From positions 1 to 64,000 of the forward strand of contig LVLI01000242.1 of the NCBI GenBank assembly GCA_001687465.1: DNA of 64,000 nucleotides, given 5' to 3'. The stretch's first letter is position 1, and every line of letters starts with the position of its first letter. The position numbers and the translations under genes were made by a program. Shown piece after piece: positions 1 through 14,096 of this stretch. The notes beneath the pieces were generated by a model. It ran no database searches. It was not told where the DNA came from and saw only the letters and a program-made list of their open reading frames with translations. This stretch comes from Halocafeteria seosinensis (taxonomy: Eukaryota).

Positions 1-18
1 GCAATACGGTANNTGTNN

Positions 19-19
<1 letters not shown>

Positions 20-93
<74 letters not shown>
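20..93. repeat. (GT)n microsatellite next to ambiguous N bases at the window start
   Basis: Pure TG/GT dinucleotide run directly visible. N's at positions 12-18 suggest a contig or gap edge. Confidence 0.98.
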
Positions 94-96
<3 letters not shown>

Positions 97-788
97 GTGA
101 AGTGTAAATCGAACATCAAGACCAGGGAATACGGTATACAGTACATATATACATACGTGTAACCGTTGAACCAACCGGGGGAGTACTGTAACACTGTGTA
201 CAGATGTACATCACGAAACATACCCAGTAGTGTAGTATTATCAAGGATGTGCAAACAAAACCCACTCTGCACTCAAACGCAATCATACATGAAGATACAT
301 CTGGGAGGTATGCAGCTATAGGATCCAGTGCAGCCTCAATGATTGCCGCACTCAATAATCGATCCCGAATAGAGTTTCGGTTATGCGTATCCGCGAAGAT
401 GCCCATTGTAACGTGTCATTATTGCAGCGATTGAAAGGGACATAAGTGGTCGTTGGCAATTTGTGCAAGAACTCTTAAACGACGAAAATGCGAGCTCTTG
501 GAGCGAAGTAATACTGTACCTGTTGCAGTGCCTTTACTGTACATAAGCCTCAGAGGTAAAGTCACAGCAAACGGTACCTAGATATCCACCATCGCCAGAA
601 ACTAGAAATCTCATAGAATTTGCTTTATTCTTAATGGTTTTGAGATACCTACCGGTAGTACACGGGGAGCGGCGCCAAGTTCGGAGTTCGTTGCACTGGC
701 ATACTGTAGGTGTCACAATCGGTGCCTTGGCGGCGCTATAGTAGACTCTGTACCTATTCCCTTGCGGAAATACACATGTAACTTCCAA

Positions 789-853
789 ACACACACACAC
801 ACACATGTGACTGATAGTCCACCGGTCGGGGAGTTGACCGCATCCTCTTAACG
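789..853 (-). repeat. Dispersed (CA)n-anchored repeat, copy 1 (putative non-LTR retroelement/SINE 3' end)
   Basis: (AC)n-ATGTGACTGATAGTCCACCGGTCGGGGAGTTGACCGCATCCTCTTAACG, nearly identical to 21104-21209 and 23444-23546. Strand is inferred from treating the microsatellite as a 3' tail. Confidence 0.8.
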
Positions 854-892
854 CAGGTAGGGTTCACCCCTCGCAGGTACGGTTCACCTCTC
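853..892. repeat. Tandem 20-bp duplication
   Basis: GCAGGTAGGGTTCACCCCTC / GCAGGTACGGTTCACCTCTC. Confidence 0.85.
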
Positions 893-920
893 ACACGGCG
901 TAGCGTAGCCTGTAGCAGAC

Positions 921-950
921 CCGTCTTCCGGTAGGAGCAATACCAATACA
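921..950 (+). repeat. 30-bp dispersed motif, inverted partner of 20318-20347
   Basis: CCGTCTTCCGGTAGGAGCAATACCAATACA. Its reverse complement matches 20318-20347 at 29/30 positions. Confidence 0.85.
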
Positions 951-1685
951 CACGCAAGTCTTGTGCCCAGTTCTCCAACCTTGAAACTTCAACTTGTTAT
1001 CGAACGATTGTTGACACGCTCATATTGATGCTTTATGCCATAGTTTATGGACATCTCAGAGGTATTGAACTAAGAGCGCAATCGCGCGCAACAACCAACA
1101 GGTCATTGTAGATGGAAAAAGGGCTACATGACACTATGATAGAGTTGGCTGTATGGAACACTGTCTTTCATAATTACAGAGCACCTCCTACATCTGAAAG
1201 GCTTACAGGTCTTTTTCCTTCTATTTGGATGTAAACTCAGTTGACGGCAGAGAAAGAGGGACAACCAGCATGCTCCATGGATGGCGCAAGTGAGTAATTC
1301 CGGGGTCGCTTCAAGGTCGCAACGCTGCTTAGCAACAGCATGCTATACTGGCTTTTTCTGACGGCATTTCAGCACTCTCTATGGGCTCCAGGAGTTCGTC
1401 AGAGTCACCCGCAACTAGTTCAACACGCTGCATTGAGACTTAGGGCTTGACTGAATTTAGAGCAGTGAAACAGGGAATCCGGTTGAAGCGAGTTCTGGGA
1501 GTTTTCGCTCGTTCTCCTGGACTTGTTTGATTGCACTTTCTGCTCCTCCTTCTCTTATCACAGTGCCGGACGAGCCGAACAAGGATATCCTACATGGGTC
1601 GTTCATTTCCCGGAAGAAGTGACGTAGAGGCTCTCAGAAGTGAGCTTGCGTACTAATTCCACAGGCCTCGGGAGTTGGCTCAAGG

Positions 1686-4600
1686 ATGAGATTCTCCAGG
1701 GATAACACCCTTTTCATACCTTTTATAGCTGTTTTGGTTACGGTCCAGCTAGTCCATAGAGTGACTGGAAGTGCCAATGAAGCTTTCGAAGTACGAGGAA
1801 ATGGAAAGAAAAATAGAGTATCCTCCGGCTCTCAACGTCATTCAGAAGGACACCGCTGCATACACGATGACATTATGAGCAAAGTCGGCCGGCGGTTCGA
1901 TACAAGAACTCCTCAAAAGTATCGGATCAAGAGTTTAGAGAGTGGATCTAGCGAAAGCGAAGAAGCTGCGCGGACTACGGAACAAAACGAGAGAAGACGA
2001 GGAGGTATAAGAGAGTTGGCAACAACTTCGAGTGATTTCGAAAAGATGAGAATCACAGTCGATTGGCATTTCATTGACAACCCGGGAGACGATAAAGATA
2101 CGGATGATGCAGGGGGCGAATATTTCGCTTGTAGTGGTGATAATTCACAATACATGGATGTAAATGGTGCAATGAGAAGTTGTGGTTCTGGTGACGTCCT
2201 GTCCAACTCCAAGAGGGACTATTTGAAGAACACCCTTGTGCATGACGCCATGGATTACTTTGAGAAGACTCTTTCTGTCGTCCCTGTTGATGGCAATTTG
2301 GTCCTGGATTCACCGTTTACTTGCTTCGACGATTACACTTTCATATGCTGTAAACGTAAGTGGATGCGCGGCTGAATGAAGAGTGCGTGAAGATCCCACT
2401 GTACTCTGCCTCGTTCCAGGTTTAACCCCGGATGATGATCAGAATACTGGAATTGACAATTCTGATTTTCATCTCTACGTGACGGCGAGACCGACGGGTG
2501 GTTCGATTCTCGCTTGGGCTCTCACATGTCAGGTATGTACAAGTGCCCGCCATTGGACAAGTTTACCCCGAAACACGTGTTTCCTGTTTGCGCAGACTGA
2601 CTCGGATGGTCGTCCTATATCTGCGCAGCTAAACTTTGACCCTTCTCGGATCAGTACTGATTTGGATAAACGCCGAGAACAGACTATTACTGCGATGCAC
2701 GAGGCAACCCATGGACTGGGGTTTAGCGCGTCAGTATTTAGTAACTTGGGAATAATTCAGTCGTTCAACAAGAATGGGAAGACACTCAAGCGCATAGTGT
2801 CGCCGAGTGTAGCTGAAGCGGCAAAGGTCCATTACGATTGTTCTGACTGGGGAGACGCTGGTGGAGAGATTGAAGACGGAGGCGGGAGGGGAACAGCAGG
2901 TTCTCATTGGGAAAAGCGTGTTCTGTCTGATGTAAGGGCTTCGGGTCGTTGTAAATATTCTGGCGGGGGTATGTTTTTTCTTCGTCGTTTCGTGCAGGAA
3001 TATATGACAGGAAGATCAGAACCGAACACTGTTGTGAGTACTTTCACTCTTGCGTTCTTTGCGGATACCGGATGGTATATCCCTGATTACGCGCAAGCCG
3101 AGTCGTTGTTATGGGGTGAATCCCAAGGGTGCACGTTTCCACGTAGTACATGTGACAACTGGGGGTCCCGCTATTTCTGCGAAGTTTCTGATCAACAAGG
3201 GTGCTCGATTGACTACAAGTGGTTGGCCAAGTGCAACTTAAGGGATTATGGATATGAACTTGCCAGTCATTTCCAGTACTTTAATGACCCGGAATTAGGC
3301 GGGAGAGACCAGCTTGCCGATTTTTGCCCGTATTTTTCTCGTCGGTCCGGTGGAGACTGCACGGATAGCAGTACCACAACAATTTGGTTTTACGGAGAAC
3401 AGGTGGGACCCAGTAGCATGTGTTTTACCGGTACCTGGAAACATGTTGCCAGCTCTGCCTCGGGTAATCACCATGGATGCTTGAAGACTTCGTGCGATTC
3501 CCAGAGCCTTCGTCTCGTGGTAGAATTCGATACCACAGACGGTGTGGAAACGCTTAAGTGCCCTTCGTCAGGTGGTACAGTTGACTTGCAATCTGAAGGA
3601 TTGGAAAGCTTTGAGGGGACCATAGATTGCCCCCCTTCGGACGTCCGTTGCACAGGGGATCCCTGTGATAACAATAATTGTGACGGACATGGTACTTGTA
3701 ACAGCGATGATGGTACTTGCACTTGCGACTCTGGATATTACGGCTCTGATAAATACAGCTGCGATCGGAAACTATGCCCTGGTCAGGACAGCAGGGATGA
3801 TACAGCTTGTTCGGGGCAAGGGGAGTGTGACAAGGAAACGGGCGAATGCGACTGCGATGCCGGTTTCAGTGGAGACGATTGCAGCGAAATCGGCTGTCCA
3901 AAAGGCGGTACGAGTGACTCGTGTCCAACTGGTGAGAGTATGTGCGAGTGTTCTGGTAGAGGGTCTTGTAATAGTACAACGGGTGTCTGCGATTGTGAAA
4001 TTGACTGGTGGGGAGACGCTTGCGATAAGAGAGAGTGCCCGAAGGCAGACAATGGTGAACGGTGTCATGGCGGCTCTGTGGGAAGTTGCAACACTGAATA
4101 TGGTCTTTGTGAATGCACTGATCAAACCAATGCTCCCAATGGAGATGGGACTGTTCATTATTTCGGATCTGCGTGTGAAAACAGAACTACTGGTCCGCGC
4201 CCACGTGTCCCTCTTCACTACTACGGAGAACCAATCGGGAACAACCTCACCAACATAGCTTCAGTTGTTCACGATAGTGCCTCAGCGGAAGAGTTTAAGT
4301 ATTATCGCTTTGAAGTAGCCTCCACCGAACATCCTGTTACATTGACCCTTCAGGTAACGGACCCTGCAACCACAACAGGAGAAGACTTGCCGGAGCTGTT
4401 CGCCTCGTTTGAGGCAGCCGGCGAACCTCTCCTAAATGATCACCAATTTGGTCCGACCAAAGTGGACGGGAGCAAGGGAGTGACTGAGATTGTCTTCGAA
4501 GATACTGGCCAAGAGGCGGGGGACTTTAGCTCTCCAGGTACAATGCATGTTAATGTTGTGAGCCTTAAGACGGATGTCTCATTTTTCCTAAACTTGACCC

Positions 4601-6930
4601 GGGATGGCTGTGCTCTGTTGGATTGCGCCCATGGAGCCGAGTGTTCATCAGCGCGATGTATATGCAAACGATGGACTGATCCACTGGACAGCAAGCGAAC
4701 TTATGGTTACAGTGATCGCTTGTGTGAAACCCCCGACTGTCCTGGGGATCCAGACTGTGGTGGCTCACGGGGTGATTGTATTGCTCAGCCAAGGAATTCT
4801 AGCGATCCTCCCAAGTGTGAATGCAAAGATACGTTCGAAGGAGATGCATGTCAAGACTACACTGTAACTGCCGAAACATTTGTTCCTGGTGCTATCTCGA
4901 GTGGACGGAATGATTCCAAAGTGTTTCAATCGAGAGAAGATGTAGAAGCGCGCTTCGCTGGGGTACGCCCCTCCGATTCTGACGGCACTGAAATGCAAGA
5001 ACGATTCACCGTGACGTTTGTAGTGTCAGATGAACTGAAGCGAGGGGACTGGCATTACCCCTTTTTGTTAGACCCTGTTCTTTTGAATGAAAATTACGGA
5101 TTAAATGGTACTCTGGGCATGTACATAAAATTGGACGGCTCCCGTTCCCCCCTAGCGGACCCGTTGCTGCTCACGAGGACTGAAAGTAGGCCTACATTGA
5201 CCGACCACGATATGTTGGATACAACATCATGGGCGGAAGCGAAAGATATACACGAAATTTCTGCAACGCTTAATTCAGACATTTACTTTGGCGGCGTATT
5301 GAATGGCAAGTACGGGAGGGATGTATTGCGGTATGATGCAACCGTGGAGATATCGAACGGGTGCCCGCCGGGCTTGGAGATGTGCTCCCAGAGAGGAAGC
5401 TGCGATCCGTCAACTAAATCTTGCATTTGTGACAGTGGTTGGGGAGGTGTTAAGTGTGACACCCCTGTGACGGAGTTAGAGGCAGGGAGAGAAGTGGTAG
5501 CGGACAATATTCCGATTGGTGGTTGGCGATATTTCGTTCTTCCGCTTGCGTCAACGACTAACGAGCTGGAGATAGTGGGTAAGGATACCTCGGTTTCCCG
5601 CAGAGCGCAGCCTGCTGTTGTTGCTGCTTTTGACAAGAAGAGGAGAGCAACTAGTTTGGGTCGTTTACGTGACCCAAGCGCATTCTATGATTACGATGGA
5701 TACACGCGAATTGCACGCGGTGCTACAGCGCAGCGATCAGAGGAAGCAAACATTCAAGGGGGAAACACCGCCAGTCAATCCACCCGCAACGAAGAACGGC
5801 AACAAAAACTCATTATCAAACGCGATTCGTCTTCACTATCTGGTCAGTCGGCGCAGTTCTTATACGTAGGGGCACAGAATGTACCCCAGGCTGCTGCCGA
5901 TGCTACCGTGAAGCTTACTGTCACAGCTCGGCATAACATATCTATTCCCGCTGAATGTCAAGAAGACTGCAGCAATAGGTTTTGCCGAGGCCGCGGAGAG
6001 TATGTGCTTGTGAACGGCGCACCAGAATGTCGGTGCAATGAGGGCTGGAGTAAAGAGAGTTGGTGCGCATCTCCGCGCTACAATTCACTGCAGAATATCC
6101 CCTCTGCAGCACAATCCATTAGCTTTCTATGCAGTATTTGCAAGAAAACAAACGAAATGAATCGAGGGGAGATGCAGATCTTTCGTGTGTCTCAACCTCT
6201 ACAGGCGCATATCGGTTTAAGACTGACCGCCCGAGCGGCAACTTCAGCGGAAGCTTCCTCCGACAATCTAAGCAACGTTACCCACGCCAATCCCTCGCTG
6301 CTGGTCTCGCAAAGATTACCAAGAAGCATTACAGATTTTGCGTTCATATCTTCTACAGGTAGCGCTGAGGAATCCTTGACTCTAGGCGACATATCCCTGA
6401 CTGGCAGCTACTTCTTCGCAGTGTTCGCGAATTCCGACTCGACGTACACGGCGTCGAGCAGCCGTGAGCAAGTTGCAGAACCTGACCGCGACGCGGGATC
6501 ATTCGCTGAGAGCGTCGGTAATTGGCTCATAGCAACAACTTCAGGCAATCTTGTACTGGCTTTCATCTGCGTTTTGGCTTTCCTTTTCCTTTCTTGCTTC
6601 AGTATCAACCGCCTTTGCAAGGGCAAAGTACTTGAATACTATGAAGGGAGGCAAACACCAGAAGAGCATGAAACAAAAGCTGAAGCGGCGCCACTTTCCG
6701 GAACAAACCCTATAGCTTTCGAAGACGACGAAGATGATTCCTCAATACGAATTTCAAGCAAGCGTCCGCCTCCCAAAATCTTCTCCGCGAGAGACATGAA
6801 TGTGGAACAGTTTGAGACATACCAGTCAACAGCATCCTCTCGGCACTTGGGTGGCAAGAGTCCCGGTTTTAAGCCACAGGAACGGACCATGTCAAAGAAG
6901 CATGTACCAGGTCCTCCCTCGAGGAAGTAG
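1686..6930 (+). CDS. Leishmanolysin/GP63-like M8 metallopeptidase with EGF-like repeats and a C-terminal TM helix (spliced)
   Basis: Signal peptide; pro-region 'HRCIHD'; zinc motif HEATHGLGF (2698-2712 onward); 'SHWEKR', 'EYMTG', 'DFCPY'; many CxGxGxC...CxC EGF repeats; TM 'LVLAFICVLAFLFLSCF'. Introns 2356-2419, 2533-2595, 2932-2997. Confidence 0.92.
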
Positions 6931-6969
6931 GGTTCCGCTTATGCTTTGTGGTTTTTGTGGTTCATCGAG

Positions 6970-7557
6970 TTACGGCGCCTTGTTGGATTCCCCTGCCGGA
7001 AGCTTCCCTTCGGAATTATGTTTTTGCATCGCCCTCTTTCTTTTCTTTGCCTTGTTTTTTTGAACTTTACGTATCTTCTGCTCTAACTTTGAGTTTGTTC
7101 CGTTGTAATAAACATCAAGACGTTCCAGTAGTTTTCGCCTCGCAATTTTTCGATTCTGTTCAAGACTTCTAGTCTGATGACAAGAGACGACGATATCTGT
7201 CGGAAAAATCAAGACACACCATGAATTCATACCAGGAAATAAATACGGTTTACTATACGCACTCGTTGGATGATGCTTCAGAACCACATTGTTACGTGTC
7301 GTGTTGACTTTCTGGCCACCTCGTCCCGAGCCCATGACGAATTGTTCATGCAAGTCCTCGTCTCGGAGTACTGACGTTGGATCCACATACTCGGTAGAAC
7401 TCTTCCGGAGTGAGTTTGTGGACAAGTATACCGCCGACGGGAGGCATCCGGGTTGCGCTCGGGACACTTGAGTTCTCCTCCAGAGTACACGAAGGGATAA
7501 GTGGCGGTTAGGAAATACACGTGGGCTCTTCACAAGTCGTATTATTCGAAAGCACAT
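6970..7557 (-). CDS. Mitochondrial peptidyl-tRNA hydrolase/rescue factor, C12orf65 (mtRF-R)-like
   Basis: 'EQFVMGSGRGGQKVN' GGQ motif, 'CHQTRSLEQNRKIARRKL', basic C-tail, Arg-rich presequence. One in-frame intron at ~7200-7260. Confidence 0.88.
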   Translation of the reverse strand: MCFRIIRLVKSPRVFPNRHLSLRVLWRRTQVSRAQPGCLPSAVYLSTNSLRKSSTEYVDPTSVLRDEDLHEQFVMGSGRGGQKVNTTRNNVVLKHHPTSAYSKPYLFPGMNSWCVLIFPTDIVVSCHQTRSLEQNRKIARRKLLERLDVYYNGTNSKLEQKIRKVQKNKAKKRKRAMQKHNSEGKLPAGESNKAP

Positions 7558-7757
7558 GGTTTGATATTCAATTTTACTGAACGGCCAACGTAGGAGCCAA
7601 TCAATCCAATTCTAGGAACCTGAACTGTAGAGGGTGAATGAGCTGTACAAGCACAATTCAAAGACTCTTGACTTCTTCACATCATCGACTTGGACGTTTA
7701 CGATTCCATCGCTTCTCCTGCCGTGTTTCTTTCAAGTTCCCCTGCTATTTCAGAACC

Positions 7758-9353
7758 ATGTCCACGACGCACAATATTTCCGCCGAAGCCAGCGAGGCGA
7801 TGGGCAAGGAGTTCATTGAGTACAATGAACAATGTCCGACGCCCTTCCACTCGGTAGCCGCCATGGCAAAACAACTCGAGGAACAAGGATTCCAAAAGCT
7901 TTCCGAGCGCAACAAGTGGGATCTTCAGCCTTTGGGCAAGTACTACGTAATTCGAAACCAGGGGACCATGGTACGTGCCGGATTTTGGAAGGTGTAGCTG
8001 TGGTATCTTTTTAATGATCTGAATCTTTGCAGTGTGCTTTCGCCTTGGGAGGTAATTTTGTCCCCGGCAATGGAGCTACCATTTGTGCAGCGCATACTGA
8101 CAGCCCCTGTCTCAAGGTAAAGCCCGTCTCCAAGATTGACAAGTTTGGGTATTGTCAGATTGGAGTCGAGACGTACGGGGGACTACTGGCGCATACCTGG
8201 TTTGATCGCGATCTTAGCGTCGCTGGGCGCGTTGTCGTCGACGATGGATCCGGCAAGTACCAGTCTAAATTAGTGAGGATCCCTGAGCCTATCATGCGCA
8301 TACCGAATGTGGCAATTCATTTGCAAAGTACCGATGAGCGCAGTGCGTTCAAAGTGAATAAGGAAGATCACCTTGCAGCTGTCTTGTCGACGGCAGCGTA
8401 CGACGAACTCGTTGGTGCAGAGAAGTCATCGGATGGAAATCACCACGGATCGTTCGTTCAGCGAATTGCCAAGGAATTGGATGTATCCCCTGGTAGCATT
8501 AGAGATTTTGAATTGCATCTTTTTGACACTCAACCGGGTACTTTGGGAGGGCTGCACAAAGAGTTCGTGTTCGCCCCACGTCTTGACAACCAGGTGTCAT
8601 GTTTTGCGTCGATGAAGGTAAGCCAGCGTCTACAAGAGCTTAGAAACTCATTTCAATCTGTCATTTTTTCATTAAGTGCATTCAGGCTTTGATAAGTTCC
8701 ATTGGCTCTGGATCTAGTTTTGAGAACGATAAGAATGCTAGAGTGATTGCGTGTTTCGACCACGAAGAAGTTGGGTCTCGTTCAATCGCTGGCGCCGGAA
8801 GCAACTTGCTATCGGACGTCATGAGCCGCATCAACCAAGGGGATGCTGAATTGAAGTCGATGAGTATTCGCCGATCAATCCTCATTTCTGCTGACAACGC
8901 CCATGCTGTGCATCCAAACTATTCCTCTAAGCACGAGAGCAATCACCGCCCCCAGATGCACTCAGGGATCGTCATCAAAGTCAACTCTAACCAGAGCTAT
9001 TCTACCACTTCCTCGACTTCATTCCTTTTCAGCAAAATTGCCGAGGAAGTAAATGCTCCCTACCAGAGATTCGTCGTTCGGCAAGATATGGGTTGTGGAT
9101 CCACGATTGGTATGTTTACGATTGCTCTCTGGCAGATTTCACTAATAGAACCATTAGTAGTATGTTCAATGCAGGCCCTATTCTTTCCACTGGACTTGGA
9201 ATGCGCACTATTGATGTGGGAGTTCCCCAATTAAGTATGCATTCCATTCGAGAGCAATGTGGAACTTCGGACCTTGTATCCACAGTCCGCATCTTGGAGA
9301 ATGCTTACAATCGTTTCCCGGAACTCGATGAAGCATTCGACCAAGACGAGTAG
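7758..9353 (+). CDS. DNPEP: Aspartyl aminopeptidase (M18 family), spliced
   Basis: Motifs PTPFH, AHTDSP, WFDRDL, RLDN, FDHEEVGS, SADNAHAVHPNY, CGSTIG, QLSMHSIRE. Introns at ~7971-8032, ~8619-8685, ~9110-9174. Confidence 0.95.
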
Positions 9354-10120
9354 TAATCCTGTCTTTTTTGCGTTTCAATACCTGAATAGACTCACAATCG
9401 CATGGAAGCTTGTTTCCATAGATTCTTACTGCTTTACACTTTGAACCAACGTAACTATTTGGCCACACTTAAGAAGTTCCAACAGACCGGGCGCTCGGCC
9501 CGGCTGCAGGCTTGCAAAGGTTGAATTTCGCTCCCATTTTGACGTTTATACGCATCTACAAGACTGCTGCTACTGATATCGATTGCCAGACGTACGCGAA
9601 CGTTCGTATAGATGCTCGTGAGAGTGTCTCAGGAGCACCCATTCGCTCTGTCTCGCGGAGAAGACTGGTAAGTGGAGGTGATACACTCAAAACTTCGGCG
9701 CTTGCTCTTTCGTTGGCGTGTTCTATAGGGTGTATTCGCCCAATTATGTTCGACTGTGGAGTCCCTGTGGGCACAGTGGTCATATGTGCTTCGAAAGAGG
9801 GTATTGTTGGGGTCATATGAGGGGCACATTCACTATAAATATGGGCTGAAAGGGACGGTCCTCCTATAAGACGCCCGTGTTGGAGTTGTGGTGTATGCGT
9901 CGGAGCCTGGGTGTTCCACTTGGCTCGACTCCCCCCAATGTCCCCCTTTAGTGGTGCCCTGACCACTTTTGTCGTATTCTACAGGGGAGCGCTGTGTATT
10001 GTACGAGGTATTACTCGTATAGTACACACCTACCTCTATGTGCTCGAGGAAATTCATTGGCTTGTATCATTACTGTGCAGAAAACGCAGTGTGTGCTGGG
10101 AACGCGCTTGGAGTGCAACC

Positions 10121-13100
10121 ATGTCGTCGAGCGAAGGCGTTCCAGTCTCAGCGGCTGGACCAAGTGCAAGTTTAAGTGATCAAATAGTTCGAGGGATTGA
10201 GGATGGGTTGCATATTCACTCGCTGTTGAATGGCCCATCCCCCGCGACGACCGATGATTGCATCATTGCCTTCGACTTGGCCATCAAAGCCGCGAAACCG
10301 TTCTACGTGAAACAACTCTTGGAACATGGCATTGACCCCAATTGCAGGTTAAGAGGTGGGTCGTTCCCTATACAAATAGCGGCGGAAGCTCCACCGGGCG
10401 AGGAAAGTCAGGAAGAAGCCAACGAGATCATTCGGCTGCTCATTGAAGACTACGGGACTGATCCAAATGCGCTGGATAAGCGAGGGAGCACCACACCACT
10501 CATGAGAGCTTGTGCCGTAGGTAACTTAGAAACCGTCAAGTTACTCATTAAACTGGGTGCCAACGTCAACTGGGATAATATGGAAGGATGGAGAGCTTTG
10601 ATTTCTGCCTGTGATGGTGGACATTCGGAAATTGTGGAGTACTTGATCGAACAGGGGGCTGAAGTTAATTTTATTACGAAAAAGAAAGATGGATGGACAC
10701 CGCTCATGAAGGCTTGTAGAAAGGGTGATGTAGCGTGCGTAAAGTGCTTATTGGAACATGGAGCTGATTGGACGCTGACACCCCAGAATGGCTGGGGAGC
10801 TCTGCTTCAAGCTTGCTTTAGGTAAGTTTCCCGCTGCAAGTGTTACCGCAACCTGCTCCATGTATGCGATTTGCCTGTTTTCTCGAGCGTGCAGTGAAAG
10901 TATAGACTGTGTTCAGCTTTTGTTAGACTATGGAGCTTCGGTGAATGCAGCCACTGACCCCGAAAACGGGATTTCACCACTAATGGAGGTGGCAGCTAGA
11001 GGGAACGTCAAATTAGCGAGGTTGCTCATTGATCATGGTGCTGATGTCAACTGGAGAAACCGCAGAAATGGGTGGGGAGCCGTTTTGGAAGTATGCGCCA
11101 AAAATAAACTCGAATGTCTAAGTCTGCTGCTTAGCGCGGATGCTCAGGTAGACTGTTGGACCAATCCGGCCACGGGTGTTACGCCTTTGATTGAGGCTTG
11201 CTCTCGGGGACACGTGAAATGTGCGAAAATGCTATTAGACCACGGTGCTGATCCAGATGCCCGCAACACGGATAATGGATGGTCAGCCATGATGGAGGCT
11301 TGCGCTAAAGGTCAAATAGAAAGCGTCCGCCTCTTGATTGAGCACGGAGCCGATGTGAACTCCGTCACGAAACAGCCCAACGGTGACAGTCCGTTAATGA
11401 CGGCGTGCGGAAAAGGTCATGAAGAATGTGCAGAGCTATTGATTGAAGCAGGCGCGAGTGTTAATAAAGGCTCTAATGATGGATGGCGACCTGTCATATC
11501 TGCATGCGATAACGATAAACCGGGTTGTCTCCGCCTCCTGATTGAGGCTGGAGCTGAAGTTAACTTCTTCACGAATCCAGAGACGGGGTTCACTCCGTTA
11601 ATGAAAGCCTGTAGTAAAGGGAGCCCCGAATGCGTGCGGCTGCTTCTTACAGCAAATGCAAACGTTGACGCTGGAAACCTCAAGACGGGATGGAGAGCGG
11701 TGATGAACTGTGTCAAGGATCATCCGAAGGCGCGATCTAACCCTTGTGACGATGAAGACAGCATGACAGGAAGTGAAATAGAGGGCGATGCTGATGATGG
11801 GGGCATTGGAAGCATAGGAGGCTCCTCCGCTTCCTCACCGAATCGAGTTTGTGATACCGGGAAGTTACAGTGTCTGCAGCTGCTTATTGAAGAAGGCGCA
11901 GATGTTAATTTCCAGACTGAGAATCTAGATGGATGGTGCCCACTCATGAGAGCATGTAGAGAGGGAATCCCCGACTGTGTAAAAGTGTTACTACAAGGAG
12001 AAGCAGATCCAAATTTGTATAATCGGTCGAACGGAATGACAGTTCTGATGGAAGCAAGCTGTGTTTCTGGCCGTGTGGGGGCAGATTGTGTGAACGCACT
12101 AATAGATGATGAGAGAACGAATAAGGATATCGTTAGTAAAAAGTTAGGGAAAACGGCCATAGCACTTGCTTGTGAAAAGGGTAACTATGATACAACCAAT
12201 GCCCTACTGAGGGCGGGAGCGGATACGAGTATAGGGGCCTCGCGTGGCCTATCACCGTTGCAACTTGCGTGTATGAAAGGTCATGAACACGTCGTTAGAT
12301 TGCTACTTAATGCTGGCGTCGATGCCCGTCAAGCCATGGATATGAAAGGATATAGCAGCAAAGTTCCGAAGAGCGTTCAGTCTATGCTGAGTGAGCACGT
12401 GGTCGCTAAATGCGGCGCGGATGCAGATGCGGCTGCAGCAGAACTTCTGCGGGAGCTAGAGGAGGAAGAAGAAAAACAACATACGAAAGCCCAAAGGAGG
12501 AAGAGAAAGAAAGATAAACGGAAGCAAAAGGCAAAAGTGGAAAAAGATAAAACGAGTGATTCAGAGGGCCAGAAAGATAGTACCACTGCGGCGGTGACGG
12601 CAGCAACAGCCACACAAACTTCTAGCCGAACGTACGAAAACACCGAGGGTAGCGGCGTAACGACCTCTATTGAGAAAACAACCACTAACTCATCGATTGC
12701 TACATCTCGCGCGGACAAGACTGTTTCTTCTGGTCCTGATACTTCAGCCGGGGCAACGGCTGGGGTGTCAAGTGCAAGCTCCGGTAGCTCCAGCTCGAGC
12801 AGGGGCGCCAGTGGACAACAAGCTTCCACCAGAAGCAAGACACCGGTTAGAAATGAGGCTAAAGATACGAACGGGGTGATGTCCGAACCTAAGTGGACAG
12901 CCGTATCTAATAGGAGCAAGAATTCTACGAACAGCAAAAATAACCCTCGCGATGGATCGCAAAGTTCAGGGCACCAGACGGGAGACTTCGGAAATAATCA
13001 GCATGGGCAACACCGGGGCGTCCAGTCGAGTGGGTCTCGAAGTTCATCTGATGCCCAACAACGCTCTGGAAATCGACAGAATTCTTCACTGCAGCAGAAC

Positions 13101-14096
13101 CCGTCGCAGAAGACGAACAGCCGGCCGAATCCTCAGCAGCGTAACTTTGTTGATAGACGAGACGCAGCAGAGCAATCCAAAAAGCATGCACCTGATAATC
13201 CACAAAATCGGTCGTATAGCAATCAGAATGGTTCACTCAAAAACATTCAGGTGAACAAGAACCAAAAAGACCGTCAACCAGCACGCGACGGCGATAGTTC
13301 GCCCTACATGAATGCGCTCTTTGTGCAGAGTCACACCACCGGAGCGAGCAGCCAGCCAAATGATTTCTCTGCATCTTACGGGAGCGCCGCGTCTGCTCGT
13401 CATCAGCAATCGGCTTCTCGATCTGGAAAAGCTAGTTCGTACCGGAATGAGCAGGGGCCCCTCCAATCGAACCCAGCTCGCCCTATGGCTGCTCCTCAGC
13501 GGGAAGACGACGTTTCCGTTAATCCACTAGTTCAACCACCTTCCACCAGCTCCTCATATCCATTAGGTGGCATGTTCCAACAGGAACAGTCTACAGCAGG
13601 AAAAGACTCGGGCGTCAGCAGCGGTCCCCATGATGGCGTCGAGAATTACAATCCTTTTGCCAGTGGCATTTCGTCGCCCTTTATGTTGGATGCTGGTCTT
13701 CTCGATAGCTCTTCAGATCCAACAGGGGCTGAACCTCCTCTTGCTCAATCCTATACTGATGCGCAGAACAAGGCGAATGATTGGGCATTTCCGTCGAGCG
13801 TAGGTCAGTCTAGTGCGAATGTGCAGACATCATCTGAGCATGAGAGCCCATTTGACTTGGGTATGTCCATGGGATTGACCACTGAGAGTAATGATTTCTT
13901 GAATCTTGCTGCGTTGAACGAGCAAGGTTCATCCACGGGATTTGGCTTCCATGGCTTGGGAAGTTCCCTGGGCGTTTCCCTCGAAGAAGATGGGGGCAAT
14001 ATGTCCTACCTTGGTTTGAACATGCAAGGCGCTACGGAGTCTTCTGGGGGTATGTATCATTCTTCACTCGAACAACAACAACGATCGAGTCATTAA
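10121..14096 (+). CDS. Multi-ankyrin-repeat protein with Lys-rich coiled coil and low-complexity S/Q/N C-terminus
   Basis: Many TPLMxAC...LLxxGADVN repeats; 'AELLRELEEEEEKQHTKAQRRKRKK'. One intron at ~10822-10894. Confidence 0.9.

Noticed and set aside
2356..9174. Introner-type repeated introns
   Set aside because: The short introns I compared share no sequence beyond splice signals.
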